The notes: generated from the sequence alone by a model not told the origin. Counted from the stretch's first letter, positions 1 through 10,168 are shown. The stretch is 64,000 nucleotides of DNA from Anaerovoracaceae bacterium (GCA_036646055.1 JAVXMY010000003.1:45780-109779); one strand, 5' to 3'. Translations and numbers: made by a program.

Positions 1-1071
1 ACCAAGTCCTGGAACCATGCCGATAATCTTCGCCACACCACCCATTTTCTTGATTTGACCCATTTGATCTAAGAAGTCTTCTAAAGTGAATTGATTCTTT
101 TTTAGTTTTTGTTCAAGTTTAGCTGCCTGTTCATCGTCATAAGCGGCTTCTGCAGTTTCGATAAGAGACATTACATCACCCATACCTAATATTCTGCTAG
201 CCATTCTTTCCGGATGGAAAGGCTCTAGGGCATCCATTTTTTCGCCCATACCTATAAATTTAACAGGTTTCCCTGTAACTTTTTTTGCTGATAAAGCAGC
301 ACCGCCTCTAGAGTCACCATCCATCTTAGTCATGATAATACCATCAATTCCAAGTCTTTCATTAAACCCTTCAGCAGCATTCACTGCATCTTGTCCTGTA
401 AGTGCATCAACAACCAACAATATTTCATGTGGTTTAACCGCTCCCTTAATAGTAACAAGTTCATCCATTAATGCTTCATCTATTTGTAATCTACCTGCAG
501 TATCCACAATCAAAACATCATGGCCCTTTAATTCTGCTTCTTTCATTGCTGTCAAAGCAATTTTCTCAGGTTCCTTGCAGTCCCTCATAGTGAAAACAGG
601 TGTATCCACAGATTTACCAACAACCTCTAATTGATCAATAGCTGCTGGTCTATATATATCACATGCACAAAGCATTGGATTTTTGCCATTTTTCTTAAGC
701 CATGAGGCTAATTTACCACAAGTTGTTGTTTTACCAGTTCCCTGCAAACCTACCATTAGCAATACAGTAAAACCTCTAGGTGAATATGTCAATTTACTAT
801 TTGACCCACCCATTAATTCCGTTAACTCACTGTCAACAATTTTAACAACCTGTTGTGCTGGTGTTAAACTTTCTAACACATCAGCCCCTAGGGATTTTTC
901 TTTAACTGTCTTTACGAAGTCTTTTACAACCTTAAAGTTAACATCTGCTTCTAAAAGAGCAAGTTTAACCTCTCTCATAGCTGTATCAATATCTTTTTCA
1001 GTTAACGAGCCTTTACCTTTAAGGCCTTTAAAGACGTCTTGTAATTTGTCAGATAATCCTTCAAATGCCAT
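1..1071 (-). CDS. ffh: Signal recognition particle protein Ffh (3' end runs off the window)
   Basis: The minus-strand frame is open from the ATG at 1071 to position 1 (357 codons). It starts MAFEGLSDKLQDVFKGL and contains P-loop GLQGTGKTTT, DTAGR and TKMDGDSRGGAALS motifs typical of the SRP54 NG domain. It is absent from the ORF track because no stop lies within the window. Confidence 0.93.
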   Translation of the reverse strand, partial: MAFEGLSDKLQDVFKGLKGKGSLTEKDIDTAMREVKLALLEADVNFKVVKDFVKTVKEKSLGADVLESLTPAQQVVKIVDSELTELMGGSNSKLTYSPRGFTVLLMVGLQGTGKTTTCGKLASWLKKNGKNPMLCACDIYRPAAIDQLEVVGKSVDTPVFTMRDCKEPEKIALTAMKEAELKGHDVLIVDTAGRLQIDEALMDELVTIKGAVKPHEILLVVDALTGQDAVNAAEGFNERLGIDGIIMTKMDGDSRGGAALSAKKVTGKPVKFIGMGEKMDALEPFHPERMASRILGMGDVMSLIETAEAAYDDEQAAKLEQKLKKNQFTLEDFLDQMGQIKKMGGVAKIIGMVPGLG

Positions 1072-1083
1072 AATAGCTCCTTT

Positions 1084-1443
1084 CTACTGTTCTCCCATAT
1101 TATCAATTATCCCTTTAATATATGTGAGTTTATCTTTAACCATACTATTGATTTGATTTTCTAAAATCAATTTATTTAATTCCTTATCAACTAATTTGAT
1201 AACATTTCTATTCTTTTCAAATTTTGCAACTAGACCTAGTTTTTTTTCATAAGACAAAAGTGATTTTTCCGCATTCTTAAGTGAATCATGAACACCCTGC
1301 CTGCTAATTCCAAATTCTTCAGCAATTTCAGAAAGTGATAAATTTTCATCATGATAAAGTTCTATAACGTCCTTTTGTCTCTTTGTTAAAAGTTCACCAT
1401 AAAAGTCATACAGCAAACTAGATTTTGCAATTTCATCAATCAT
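1084..1443 (-). CDS. ylxM: YlxM/UPF0122 helix-turn-helix protein (sigma-70 region-4-like), upstream partner of ffh
   Basis: 119 aa with LYDFYGELLTKRQKDVIELYHDENLSLSEIAEEFGISRQGVHDSLK, and it sits in the classic ylxM-ffh position. Confidence 0.85.
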   Translation of the reverse strand: MIDEIAKSSLLYDFYGELLTKRQKDVIELYHDENLSLSEIAEEFGISRQGVHDSLKNAEKSLLSYEKKLGLVAKFEKNRNVIKLVDKELNKLILENQINSMVKDKLTYIKGIIDNMGEQ

Positions 1444-1497
1444 TTTAACTATGCCCTTTCAGTCAATATAGTAATTTTTTAAATCACCACTCAAATT

Positions 1498-1526
1498 AGA
1501 ATAGCATAGTCTTGTATGTGTGTCAA
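1498..1526 (-). promoter_or_regulatory. Putative sigma-A promoter for ylxM-ffh (TTGACA-17-TATTCT)
   Basis: On the minus strand, TTGACA is the reverse complement of 1521-1526, followed by a 17-nt spacer and TATTCT (1498-1503). It lies about 55 nt upstream of the ylxM ATG. Confidence 0.4.
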
Positions 1527-1541
1527 GTGTTTTTACTTGAT

Positions 1542-2924
1542 TCACCCGTCTTTTTCAGCAGAATCCTTAAGTCTTCTCATAAACAATAAAAACAAAATTC
1601 CTGTTGTAATTGCAGAAGTTATATCTGATATAGGTTCTGCAATAATAATACCTTTTGGCCCTAGGAATCGTGGCAAAATTATTGCAAGAGGAATAAGCAG
1701 TATCACCTTACGAAGCAATGCCAAAAATAAAGAAATTTTAGCTTGTCCCATACCCATAAATGCCGATTGACATGCCATCTGAATACCAAAAATAAATATT
1801 CCAAAAGTGAATATAGGTAAAAGATTTCCAACTAACTCTATCAACTCTATATTTGATGAAAATACCCTAGCAAAAATCTTTGGGAATAGCCCAGTAAGAA
1901 TAGTTGCCAAAACAGTAATAGTAACAGTAATTATTAAAATCCTTTTAAATGCAGACTTAACTCTTCCAATATTATTAGCCCCATAGTTATAACTAATAAT
2001 CGGTTGTGTCCCTTGGGTTAATCCCATAATTGGAATAACTATAACTTGCATAACGCTTTGCATAATAGTCATAGCTCCAACATACATATCTCCCCCATAC
2101 CTTTGAAGACCTACGTTAAAAGTAATATTAATCAAGCTCTCAGTAATTTGCATTATAAATGGTGAAATTCCTAACCCTAAAATGGCAAACACAATTTTTT
2201 TCTCAAACTTTAAATTTTTCCTCTTAATCTTAATTATTGTTTTAGAAGAAATTAAAAATCTAACTACCCATATACTTGTTATCCCTTGGGAAATAACCGT
2301 TGCAATAGCCGCACCTCTAACCCCCATATCTAACAAAAATATAAATATTGGGTCTAGAACAATATTAAAAACTGCTCCAATTAATACAGAAATCATAGCA
2401 ATTTTAGAATATCCCTGACATGTAATAAATGTATTTAATCCCAGTGAAATCATAACAAAAATAGATCCCACAGCATATATTCCTAAATATTCAGCAGCAT
2501 ACCCATATGTGCTTTCACTTGCCCCAAAAGCATATAGTATTTTTTCTTTAAAGAAAAACACGCTCATAGACAGTATTATGGCTAAGAGAAGTAAAAGGGC
2601 AGTGCCATTACCTAATATTTTTTCAGCTCGCTCTTTATCTTTTTTTCCTAAAGAAATCGCTGCCAAAGGTGCACCACCAGCGCCAACAAAAGCACTAAAT
2701 GCAGAAATAGCCATAATAATCGGCATGCACAAACCAATACCAGTCAATGCTAAATGGCCTTCACCTGGAATATGTCCTATATACATTCTGTCTATTATAT
2801 TATAAAAAACATTTACTAGTTGAGCCGCTACTGCTGGCAAAGCCATACTAATAATCAACTTGCCTATTGGCTCAACACCTAATCTGTTTTCTTCCATAGT
2901 AAATATATCTCCTCTAATAAACAA
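1542..2924 (-). CDS. MATE family efflux transporter
   Basis: The 460-aa ORF is a polytopic membrane protein with a MATE-like N-terminus (LGVEPIGKLIISMALPAVAAQLVNVFYNIIDRMYIGH). The ORF opens at a TTG at 2924. The ATG at 2897 (MEENRLG), preceded by AGAGGAG, is the more likely start. Confidence 0.88.
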   Translation of the reverse strand: MFIRGDIFTMEENRLGVEPIGKLIISMALPAVAAQLVNVFYNIIDRMYIGHIPGEGHLALTGIGLCMPIIMAISAFSAFVGAGGAPLAAISLGKKDKERAEKILGNGTALLLLLAIILSMSVFFFKEKILYAFGASESTYGYAAEYLGIYAVGSIFVMISLGLNTFITCQGYSKIAMISVLIGAVFNIVLDPIFIFLLDMGVRGAAIATVISQGITSIWVVRFLISSKTIIKIKRKNLKFEKKIVFAILGLGISPFIMQITESLINITFNVGLQRYGGDMYVGAMTIMQSVMQVIVIPIMGLTQGTQPIISYNYGANNIGRVKSAFKRILIITVTITVLATILTGLFPKIFARVFSSNIELIELVGNLLPIFTFGIFIFGIQMACQSAFMGMGQAKISLFLALLRKVILLIPLAIILPRFLGPKGIIIAEPISDITSAITTGILFLLFMRRLKDSAEKDG

Positions 2925-2950
2925 AGGAAGGTTACCCCTCCTTTATTTTA
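2925..2950 (-). terminator. Imperfect hairpin between sppA and the MATE gene (possible weak terminator or attenuator)
   Basis: The minus strand reads AAAGGAGGG-GTAA-CCTTCCTTT (9 bp with one G-U pair) followed by a T-rich tail, GTTTATT. It is weak and overlaps the MATE ribosome-binding region. Confidence 0.3.
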
Positions 2951-2952
2951 TC

Positions 2953-3936
2953 TTAATTTTTCATTTTGTATTCTAACTTTAGTCCACCTTGATCTTCATT
3001 AATACTCAAAACCTTACTTATTTGATCAAACTCCGTGGTTTTCTTCAAATTGATTGACGCAAAAATCTTGTCAAACATAGTTTGTTCATTTGGTTTATAA
3101 GTTATAAATTCTATTCCTGCTAAATTCATATCATCCTTCATCATTGAAATAGCTTCTTCTTTAGTAGCAATATGATCAACTAGGCCTTTAGCCTTTGCTT
3201 GCTTAGCAGTATAAACTCTGCCATCAGCAATTTTTTTTGCTTCACCTACTGACATATCTCTACCTTTAGCCACAATGTTTACAAATTGATTATAGCTCTC
3301 ATCAACAATAGATTGATATATCTTTTTTTGTTCTTTGGTAAGTTTTTCCACAGGCGAGCCCATGGCTTTGTTGTTACCCGCAGTTATAGTCTCGTGTTTA
3401 ATGCCATGTTTATTCATAAATCCACTTAGGTCAAATATTGTACCTATAGTAACACCAATAGACCCTGTCAAAGTATTTCTGTTTGCAATTATTTTGTCAG
3501 CATTTGCAGAAATATAATATCCTCCTGATGCAGCAGTAGCTGCAAAGTAGGCATAAACAGGTCTCTTAGTTTCCTTTTGATATTCTTTTAATTTAACATA
3601 CAGCTCATCACTTTCATAAACTCCGCCACCAGGTGTATTTACAAATAAGAAAATACCTTTATTGTTTTCCATCCCCTTTAAATTTTCAATAGAATCTAAA
3701 GTGAATTTATGGTCATAGGAATTATCACCAAGTAATCCACTTTCACTAGAAGAGATAGTGCCATTTACATTTAGTACTGCAACAAAATCTTCCCCTGAAG
3801 AAATATTCTTATTACTTCTGCTATCTTCCGAAACATTAACCGAAACACTGGAAAATACAAATCCAAGTAAGCATAGTACTAAAACTATGCTTACGAATAT
3901 TATAATTGGTTTTTTCTTACTTTTTTTAGTATCCAT
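2953..3936 (-). CDS. sppA: Signal peptide peptidase SppA (36K type)
   Basis: 327 aa with an N-terminal TM segment, an S49 peptidase core (FVNTPGGGVYESDE, AASGGYYIS, TGSIGV) and a lysine-bearing C-terminal half. Confidence 0.88.
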   Translation of the reverse strand: MDTKKSKKKPIIIFVSIVLVLCLLGFVFSSVSVNVSEDSRSNKNISSGEDFVAVLNVNGTISSSESGLLGDNSYDHKFTLDSIENLKGMENNKGIFLFVNTPGGGVYESDELYVKLKEYQKETKRPVYAYFAATAASGGYYISANADKIIANRNTLTGSIGVTIGTIFDLSGFMNKHGIKHETITAGNNKAMGSPVEKLTKEQKKIYQSIVDESYNQFVNIVAKGRDMSVGEAKKIADGRVYTAKQAKAKGLVDHIATKEEAISMMKDDMNLAGIEFITYKPNEQTMFDKIFASINLKKTTEFDQISKVLSINEDQGGLKLEYKMKN

Positions 3937-5684
3937 TATTTTTTATCCTTGATATCATTAATACGCTTTTGTACAAATTCATCAACATTCATTTCACCAA
4001 GCTCACCTTCAACATTATGTCTTAAAGTTAATGTCTTAGCTTCAGCTTCTCTTTCACCTATGATGCCAATATAGGTAACTCTTTCATTTCTAGCTTCTCT
4101 TAATTTATATCCGATTTTTTCATTTCTTGTATCAAGTTCAACTCTAATTCCAGCCTGTTGAAGTTTTGCAGCAATTTCTTCTGCATATGGTTCAAACGCC
4201 TCTGCAACAGTAAGTAATTTAACCTGAACTGGTGCAAGCCATAATGGGAATTTACCTGCATAATGTTCAGTAATAATACCGATAAATCTTTCGATTGATC
4301 CAAATATTACTCTATGTATCATAACAGGTCTGTGTTTTTCACCATCAGAACCAACATATGTTAGGTCAAATCTTTCTGGCATCATATAGTCAAGCTGTAT
4401 TGTACCGCACTGCCATGTTCTTCCAATTGAATCTTCTAAATGGAAGTCAAGTTTAGGACCATAGAAAGCACCATCACCTTCATTAATAATGTATTCCAAA
4501 CCTTCTTCTTCCATAGCTTCTCTTAGAGCATCTGTTGCCTTGTCCCATAATTCAATTGTACCGATATATTTCTTTTCAGGTCTTGTTGAAAGCTCGATAT
4601 GATACTTGAATCCAAAAATTTCGCTATATACATAATCGATTAGCTTTATTACACCTTTAATTTCATCTTTAATCTGTTCAGGTAACATGAAGATATGTGC
4701 ATCATCCTGAGTGAAAGTTCTAACCCTCATTAATCCATGTAAAGCTCCTGAAAGTTCATGTCTATGAACCTGACCTAATTCTCCAATTCTCATTGGAAAA
4801 TCTCTGTAAGAATACATCTTTCTCTTATATGCCAACATTGAACCTGGGCAGTTCATAGGTTTAATTGCATAATCTTCTCCATCAATTTTTGTGAAGTACA
4901 TATTATCTTTATAATTATCCCAGTGACCTGAAGTATGCCATAAATCTTCATTAAGAATTAGTGGTGTTTTGATTTCTTCATATCCATTTAATTTATGAAT
5001 TTCTCTCCAAAAACGTTCAAGTTCATTTCTAAGAACCATTCCTTTTGGCATGAAGAATGGGAAGCCTGGTCCTTCTTCATAAATTGCAAAAAGATCCATC
5101 TCCTTACCGATCTTACGGTGGTCTCTCTTCTTAGCTTCTTCAATTTTCTTTAGGTATTCATCTAATTCAACCTGACTTGGGAAGGATGTACCATAAATTC
5201 TCTGAAGCATTTTTTTGTCTGAGTCACCTCTCCAGTATGCACCTGCCACACTTGTTAGCTTTACAGCCTTAATATTGCTAGTTTTTTCCATATGAGGTCC
5301 AGCACATAGGTCGAAGAAATCTCCCTGTTTATAAAAAGACAGAATTTCGTCTTCTGGTAGATCTTCAATTAATTCAACCTTATAATCTTCACCTTTTTCC
5401 TTCATAACTTTAATAGCTTCTTCTCTAGATAGTTCATATTTTTCTAGAGGCTTTCCCGCTTTAATAATCTTTTTCATTTCTTTTTCTATTACTTTTAAAT
5501 CATCGTCTGTAAATTTATGATCTAAATCGAAGTCATAGTAAAACCCATTATCAATTGCAGGTCCTATTGCTAATTTCGCATCAGGCCAAATATTCTTTAC
5601 CGCTTCAGCTAAAATATGAGATGTAGTATGTCTATACGCATTTCTCACTTCTTCATTATTAAAATCTATTACTTGCTTTGCCAT
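3936..5684 (-). CDS. thrS: Threonine--tRNA ligase (short form lacking the N-terminal TGS domain)
   Basis: 582 aa. It starts directly in the editing domain (HTTSHILAEAV, GPAIDNGFYYDFD). Class II motifs are present (FRHELSG-like HRHELSGALHGLMRVRTFTQDDAHIF), followed by the anticodon-binding C-terminus. Confidence 0.95.
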   Translation of the reverse strand: MAKQVIDFNNEEVRNAYRHTTSHILAEAVKNIWPDAKLAIGPAIDNGFYYDFDLDHKFTDDDLKVIEKEMKKIIKAGKPLEKYELSREEAIKVMKEKGEDYKVELIEDLPEDEILSFYKQGDFFDLCAGPHMEKTSNIKAVKLTSVAGAYWRGDSDKKMLQRIYGTSFPSQVELDEYLKKIEEAKKRDHRKIGKEMDLFAIYEEGPGFPFFMPKGMVLRNELERFWREIHKLNGYEEIKTPLILNEDLWHTSGHWDNYKDNMYFTKIDGEDYAIKPMNCPGSMLAYKRKMYSYRDFPMRIGELGQVHRHELSGALHGLMRVRTFTQDDAHIFMLPEQIKDEIKGVIKLIDYVYSEIFGFKYHIELSTRPEKKYIGTIELWDKATDALREAMEEEGLEYIINEGDGAFYGPKLDFHLEDSIGRTWQCGTIQLDYMMPERFDLTYVGSDGEKHRPVMIHRVIFGSIERFIGIITEHYAGKFPLWLAPVQVKLLTVAEAFEPYAEEIAAKLQQAGIRVELDTRNEKIGYKLREARNERVTYIGIIGEREAEAKTLTLRHNVEGELGEMNVDEFVQKRINDIKDKK

Positions 5685-5685
5685 T

Positions 5686-6753
5686 TTAAAACTCCTCCAT
5701 AGCCAACTCTATCAACTTATCAATTAATCCATTATACTGTATTCCCGTGGCTTCCCATAACTTTGGATACATACTAATCTTAGTAAATCCTGGTATGGTG
5801 TTAATTTCATTAAATACGATTTCTCCATTATCCGTATAGAAAAAATCTACTCTAGAAAATCCACGACATGAAAACAATTTATATATTTCAACTGCCGTAT
5901 TACGAATTCTCTCAATTTCGCTATCCGGCAAGTCATCAACAATCTTTGTTAATGATGCACCATTATTATACTTTGCATCATAATCATAAAATTCATTTGC
6001 AGCAATTATTTCCCCTACCAAAGAAGCTTTAGGTTTTCTGTTCCCTAATACTGCAACCTCTATTTCTCTACCTTTAATACCCTTTTCAATTAATATTCTA
6101 TGATCAATCTCTGCTGCCCTTTTAATTCCTTCAAACAGTTCTCTATTACTATTTACCATAGTAATACCAACTGAAGACCCAGTATTAGCCGGCTTTACAA
6201 AAAAAGGATACTCATAATTAAGTTTAGTTTCAATTTCTTTAATCACTTCCAAAGGGCTACTTGAGAAATCGTACCTATCTGTATAGCAATATTCTGCCTG
6301 AACTATATCCGTATTAGATACTATCAGTTTGGATATTATTTTGTCCATTCCAATTGCACTTCCAAGCACCTTTGAGCCAACATAGGGAATTCCTGCCATC
6401 TCGAAAACTCCTTGTATAGCACCATCTTCACAATATTTCCCATGCATAATTGGAAAAATACAATCCAAATCATATAAGGTGCCACTGCTAGTTTTAAAGC
6501 CTTTTGGGTTCCTTGATAATAGCAATGATCCTTCTTCATTTGATTCATGCTCATTCCACTTACCACTACCAATTTCTTCAGGTGTGGCCTCTGTTAAATA
6601 CCAGATGCCTTCTTTAGTAATCCCAACAGTACGAATTTCATATTTTTCTTTATTTATGTTATTTAAAACTGAAGCAGTGGACATACAAGAAACCTCGTGT
6701 TCCAAAGATGGACCACCAAATAAAATCAACAGTTTTATTTTATCTGTATTCAT
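5686..6753 (-). CDS. ddl: D-alanine--D-alanine ligase
   Basis: 355 aa with LFGGPSLEHEVS, an ATP-grasp core (FVKPANTGSSVGI, EIEVAVLGN) and NEINTIPGFT. Confidence 0.95.
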   Translation of the reverse strand: MNTDKIKLLILFGGPSLEHEVSCMSTASVLNNINKEKYEIRTVGITKEGIWYLTEATPEEIGSGKWNEHESNEEGSLLLSRNPKGFKTSSGTLYDLDCIFPIMHGKYCEDGAIQGVFEMAGIPYVGSKVLGSAIGMDKIISKLIVSNTDIVQAEYCYTDRYDFSSSPLEVIKEIETKLNYEYPFFVKPANTGSSVGITMVNSNRELFEGIKRAAEIDHRILIEKGIKGREIEVAVLGNRKPKASLVGEIIAANEFYDYDAKYNNGASLTKIVDDLPDSEIERIRNTAVEIYKLFSCRGFSRVDFFYTDNGEIVFNEINTIPGFTKISMYPKLWEATGIQYNGLIDKLIELAMEEF

Positions 6754-6761
6754 ATAACCCC

Positions 6762-7493
6762 CTACTTTTTATTTGCTCTTTTATATGCCAAAATCGCTTC
6801 ATCAATATCCGAATCTAATATCATCTTACCATTTTTCATTACTATTCCTCTTTCACAAAAGTCTTTTGCCGTTTTCGTAGAGTGTGTAACAAATAACAAT
6901 GTAATCTCATCTTTATCCATAATGTCGTTAATTTTATCTCGACACTTCTGTCTAAAAGCTGCATCGCCAACAGATAAAGCTTCATCTACTATTAATATTT
7001 CCGGATTAATATTTACATTTATAGCAAATCCCAACCTTGCTTTCATTCCACTAGAATAGGATCTTACTGGTTGGTCTATATATACCCCTAATTCGGAAAA
7101 TTCAATAATCTCATTTTCCAAATCTTTGATTTCTTTATTCTTCAGCCCCATAAGCTGACCTTTAAGATATATATTATCTCGACCAGACAATTCTCTATCA
7201 AAACCTGATGTAAGTTCCAAAAGTGCACTTACCCTACCATTAACAATTAATTCACCTTCTGATGGGTATGAAACACCTGTAATCATTTTTAAAACTGTAG
7301 ATTTCCCCGCTCCATTTTTACCAAATAAAGCTACAGATTCTCCTCTTTTAATTTCAAAACTTAAATTTTTTACAGCAAGTTTTTCTTTATATTTTATTTT
7401 ATTGAAAAAAACAGCCAGTAATCGTTCTCTATCGTTTTTATATAATTTGTATTTTTTTGTAACATTATTAAATTTTATTACTACTTCACCCAT
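6762..7493 (-). CDS. ABC transporter ATP-binding protein, TagH/Wzt-like polysaccharide or teichoic-acid exporter
   Basis: 243 aa with Walker A GKNGAGKST, signature YSSGMKARL and Walker B ILIVDEALSVGD. It is paired with an ABC-2 permease. Confidence 0.85.
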   Translation of the reverse strand: MGEVVIKFNNVTKKYKLYKNDRERLLAVFFNKIKYKEKLAVKNLSFEIKRGESVALFGKNGAGKSTVLKMITGVSYPSEGELIVNGRVSALLELTSGFDRELSGRDNIYLKGQLMGLKNKEIKDLENEIIEFSELGVYIDQPVRSYSSGMKARLGFAINVNINPEILIVDEALSVGDAAFRQKCRDKINDIMDKDEITLLFVTHSTKTAKDFCERGIVMKNGKMILDSDIDEAILAYKRANKK

Positions 7494-7502
7494 TTAAAAC
7501 TC

Positions 7503-8306
7503 CTATAGTACATCTGGCATTTCTTTTTTCAAATCTTTATATACCTTTATTCCAAGAATCCATACAATTAACACTTCTGCCAAAAAAATTCCAAGTTCCA
7601 TTGGTTCATTAAAGAACCATACATGGTGAACAAAACAATTTCTATATCCCTCGACAATAAATGTAACTGGATTTAATTGTAATAATATTTGTCCCCATTT
7701 ATTTGTAATATTGTCGATTGGCCACATTATACCAGAAAGCCAGAATAAAGCTAAAGTAAATGATTTGACTAAATTACCAAAGTCTTTACTCATAACACCT
7801 AAAACAGATGAAAACAATCCCCATCCAGTAAACATTAAAAACATCATCAGCATGTAAAATGGTATTTGAACATAGTAAATTGATACACCATATCCTGCAA
7901 ATATATAAATTATTATGACTAAAGCTAATAAAAACAAGTGGACTGTAAGTTTTGATAAACTGAAAAATGTAGGAATAGTTGATGTGGGAAACTTCATCTT
8001 TGTAATAAGAAACTTATATCTCCTCATAATCATTGGACCATTATTCCACATTTCTTGCATATAGAACCAAGAAATAATTCCTGCTATTAACCACAAGAAA
8101 AACGGAAAGTTCTCAATTCCTGCACGGTTTCTAAGTCCCATAGAAAAAGCAAACCAATATATAAAAATTGTAATAGTCGGCTTAATTATTGCCCAAGACC
8201 AGCCTAATGCTGATCCACTATAAGTCTTTCTCAAATCAGATTTTGCCAATTTTAATATTTGATGTCTCCACTCAATATGCTCTTTTATAATATTGATAAA
8301 CTCCAT
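7503..8306 (-). CDS. ABC-2 type transporter permease (TagG/Wzm-like)
   Basis: 267 aa with about 6 TM segments and the typical N-terminus WRHQILKLAKSDLRKTYSGSALGWSWAIIKP. Confidence 0.82.
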   Translation of the reverse strand: MEFINIIKEHIEWRHQILKLAKSDLRKTYSGSALGWSWAIIKPTITIFIYWFAFSMGLRNRAGIENFPFFLWLIAGIISWFYMQEMWNNGPMIMRRYKFLITKMKFPTSTIPTFFSLSKLTVHLFLLALVIIIYIFAGYGVSIYYVQIPFYMLMMFLMFTGWGLFSSVLGVMSKDFGNLVKSFTLALFWLSGIMWPIDNITNKWGQILLQLNPVTFIVEGYRNCFVHHVWFFNEPMELGIFLAEVLIVWILGIKVYKDLKKEMPDVL

Positions 8307-9493
8307 TAATTCTCCTTCCCAGGTTCAGGGTATCCAGTACCGTCAAACCCAGTTGCTTCTATAATCTGTCGATTAATTTCCATTACTCTTTTACTTGGCT
8401 TATAGTTTTTCTCATGAAAAAGTGTCTTATGCATATGAATAACATTCTTCTCTAGTGTGATTGGAGGAGTATACCAAAGTCTATTAATAACTATACCGTC
8501 ACTAACATAAGGAAATCCTCCACTATTATCAATTTCATATCTAATAGCTTTAAGCATTAGCCCTATTATTTCATTGTTTTTTAGATTAGTTGAAATTTGC
8601 GGCATTATCTTATCCGACATTGCTCTTATTTCAGAAATGCTCATAGTCTTTACTTTGGAAATACATGCTTCCAAAGTTCTACGCATTCTTTCTGCTCTTT
8701 CAACATCACCATTTCCTACTTTACGAATTCTGCAATAAGTTACTGCCTGAATTCCGTTCAATGTCTGATTACCAGATTTAGTAATTAATGTTTCATCACC
8801 ATGAAGATTTTTATTAGTATCTCTTATAAATTTATTCAACTCTGGAATTTCATATTCCTTAATAGGAAGCTTAATTCCACCCATAGCATCCACAGCGTCA
8901 GCAACAGTTCTCCAATTAACCCTAACAAATGCGTCTACGTTTAAATCTGCATTTCTATTAAGAGCACGAAGAGTCCCTTCTGGACCACCATAAGCATGGG
9001 CATGATTAGTTTTATCTAATACTTGCTTTCCAACTTCGTCAACTGTCCAATATGTATCTCTATCAATAGACGTCATTCTGATTTTATTTTCCTTTTTATC
9101 TATTGTAGTTAAAATAATTGCATCTGTTCTACACTTTTCATCATCTTCACCCTCACGAGTATCAATACCTAAAACAGCAATATTTTTGTAGTCTTTAGCC
9201 CCTTTAGACGCTTCTTTATCTATCTCCAAATTATCCTTATCTATTTCTCTATAGTCTAGTTTGTCTAATTCAGTATTTATCATTGAAATTCCCTTAAACA
9301 CAATTCCTCCGCCACAAATTAATAGCGCCAAAACTATGCACAAAGGAATAATCTTTTTAAGTTTCTTTTTTTTCTTCTTTTTCTTGACCCTTCTTTGTTT
9401 GCGCAATTCCATTGACTGATCAACACTATTTAAATCACGTCCATAATTCAAATCACTTTTAGAACCTATTTTTTTCCCTTTATCAGATCTCAT
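8306..9493 (-). CDS. LytR-CpsA-Psr (LCP) family cell-wall glycopolymer ligase
   Basis: 395 aa with a lysine-rich cytoplasmic tail, one TM segment and an LCP core (NIAVLGIDTRE...RTDAIILTT, DRDTY, GGPEGTLRALN). Confidence 0.85.
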   Translation of the reverse strand: MRSDKGKKIGSKSDLNYGRDLNSVDQSMELRKQRRVKKKKKKKKLKKIIPLCIVLALLICGGGIVFKGISMINTELDKLDYREIDKDNLEIDKEASKGAKDYKNIAVLGIDTREGEDDEKCRTDAIILTTIDKKENKIRMTSIDRDTYWTVDEVGKQVLDKTNHAHAYGGPEGTLRALNRNADLNVDAFVRVNWRTVADAVDAMGGIKLPIKEYEIPELNKFIRDTNKNLHGDETLITKSGNQTLNGIQAVTYCRIRKVGNGDVERAERMRRTLEACISKVKTMSISEIRAMSDKIMPQISTNLKNNEIIGLMLKAIRYEIDNSGGFPYVSDGIVINRLWYTPPITLEKNVIHMHKTLFHEKNYKPSKRVMEINRQIIEATGFDGTGYPEPGKEN

Positions 9494-9502
9494 ATAATTC
9501 CC

Positions 9503-10153
9503 CTATAGCCTGTTATTAAACTCTTTTACTCTTTCATTTATATCTTCTGCACCAAAAACCGATGAACCTGCAACAACTATATTCACTCCAGCTTCTATAA
9601 CTCTGTCTATATTGTCTAATGTAATTCCCCCATCAATTTCTATTTCAAAATCCAAGTTTTTGGCTTTTCTAATTTTATCTAATTCTTTAACTTTGTCAAC
9701 TGCCTTTTCTATAAATTTTTGACCGCCAAATCCAGGATTAACAGACATAATTAAGACCATATCAACACTGTCTAAAATACATTCTAATACAGATACTGGT
9801 GTGGCTGGATTTAATGAAACTCCCACTTTAATACCTTTGCTTTTGACATAGTTAATAGTCCTGTCTAAATGAACACAAGCTTCCTGATGAACAGTAATAT
9901 ATCCTGTATTATCTGTAACAAAGTCATCAATGTACCTATCAGGGTCTTCAATCATTAAATGAACGTCAAAAGGCATTTTTGTCTTCCCTAATAAACTTTT
10001 CATAACAGTAGCTCCATAACTTATATTTGGAACAAAATGCCCATCCATTACATCAACGTGTATTAATTGTGCTCCTGCTTTTTCAATTTTCGAAACCTCT
10101 TCTCCTAGCATACTGAAATCAGCTGCTAAAATTGACGGCGCCAATTTATTCAT
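9503..10153 (-). CDS. rpe: Ribulose-phosphate 3-epimerase
   Basis: 216 aa with APSILAADF, HVDVMDGHFVPN, MSVNPGFGGQKF and EIDGGI. Confidence 0.95.
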   Translation of the reverse strand: MNKLAPSILAADFSMLGEEVSKIEKAGAQLIHVDVMDGHFVPNISYGATVMKSLLGKTKMPFDVHLMIEDPDRYIDDFVTDNTGYITVHQEACVHLDRTINYVKSKGIKVGVSLNPATPVSVLECILDSVDMVLIMSVNPGFGGQKFIEKAVDKVKELDKIRKAKNLDFEIEIDGGITLDNIDRVIEAGVNIVVAGSSVFGAEDINERVKEFNNRL

Positions 10154-10168
10154 ATTATCCTCGCTATT

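Noticed and set aside
683-1156. Long ORFs antisense to annotated genes. Examples are 683-1156(+), 14325-14741(+), 27491-27877(+), 33509-33961(+), 40158-40598(+), 44919-45296(+) and 51911-52414(+), ranging from 100 to 167 aa.
   Set aside because: All lie entirely inside well-supported genes on the opposite strand. Their Ser/Leu/Ile/Phe/Pro-rich, low-complexity composition is typical of shadow frames in AT-rich genomes. They have no RBS and no recognisable motifs.
4100-4303. Same-strand alternative-frame ORFs inside thrS, ddl, fmt, priA, tdk, proS, the EF-G paralogue, cbiC and cbiB, ranging from 61 to 78 aa.
   Set aside because: They are embedded out of frame in strongly supported genes, with no independent start signals. 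They are treated as chance open frames.
9361-9380. An A8/T8 homopolymer within the poly-lysine tract (KKKKKKKKLKK) of the LCP protein, considered as a possible phase-variation switch.
   Set aside because: An 8-nt run is short for efficient slippage. Lysine-rich juxtamembrane tails are common in LCP proteins. There is no evidence in a single sequence.
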